In this document: one piece after another, positions 20,200 through 20,201 of the stretch
How positions within the stretch are numbered: position 1 is the first letter of the stretch
Layout: the number at the start of each line of letters is the position of its first letter
Assembly: GCF_006345805.1 (NCBI RefSeq)
Contig: NW_021824003.1
Location: 1 to 20,201, forward strand
Source: Octopus sinensis
Taxonomy: Eukaryota
DNA: 20,201 nt
Direction: 5' to 3'
Made by a program: the position numbers and the translations under genes
The notes under the pieces: model-generated
What the model saw: only the letters and a program-made list of their open reading frames with translations
Database searches by the model: none
What the model was told of the DNA's origin: nothing

Positions 20200-20201
20200 C
20201 T

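Overview
AT-rich eukaryotic, intronic or intergenic DNA, saturated with microsatellites ((TA)n, (AAT)n, (TAG)n, (GAA)n, (GT)n, (CT)n, (GATA)n) and retroelement debris. The repeat content resembles a coleoid cephalopod (octopus-like) genome; this is recognition from memory, not a database result. I can support no host protein-coding exon, and nearly all ORFs in the track are translations of simple repeats. The real coding signal comes from dead non-LTR retrotransposons of the restriction-like endonuclease (RLE) type, R4/Dong-like. One ~960-bp 5'-truncated copy (1282-2241) carries a broken CCHC knuckle and a PD-(D/E)xK endonuclease. Four more 3'-end fragments (896-1129, 9592-9724, 9770-9871, 15562-15900) and a probable pre-RT fragment (~3000-4070) are all on the + strand, mostly in or next to (AAT)n/(TAG)n tracts. 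Three tRNA-derived SINE families (about ten copies or fragments), two probable hAT MITEs and a possible RTE-LINE remnant are also present. Points worth a second look: stacked RLE LINE families with a shared 3' stem-loop, a template-switch palindrome that destroyed the zinc knuckle, a tandemly duplicated SINE body, a pri-miRNA-like hairpin (10983-11059), an H-type pseudoknot (5192-5222) and inverted SINE pairs. Nothing here establishes a new biological system.
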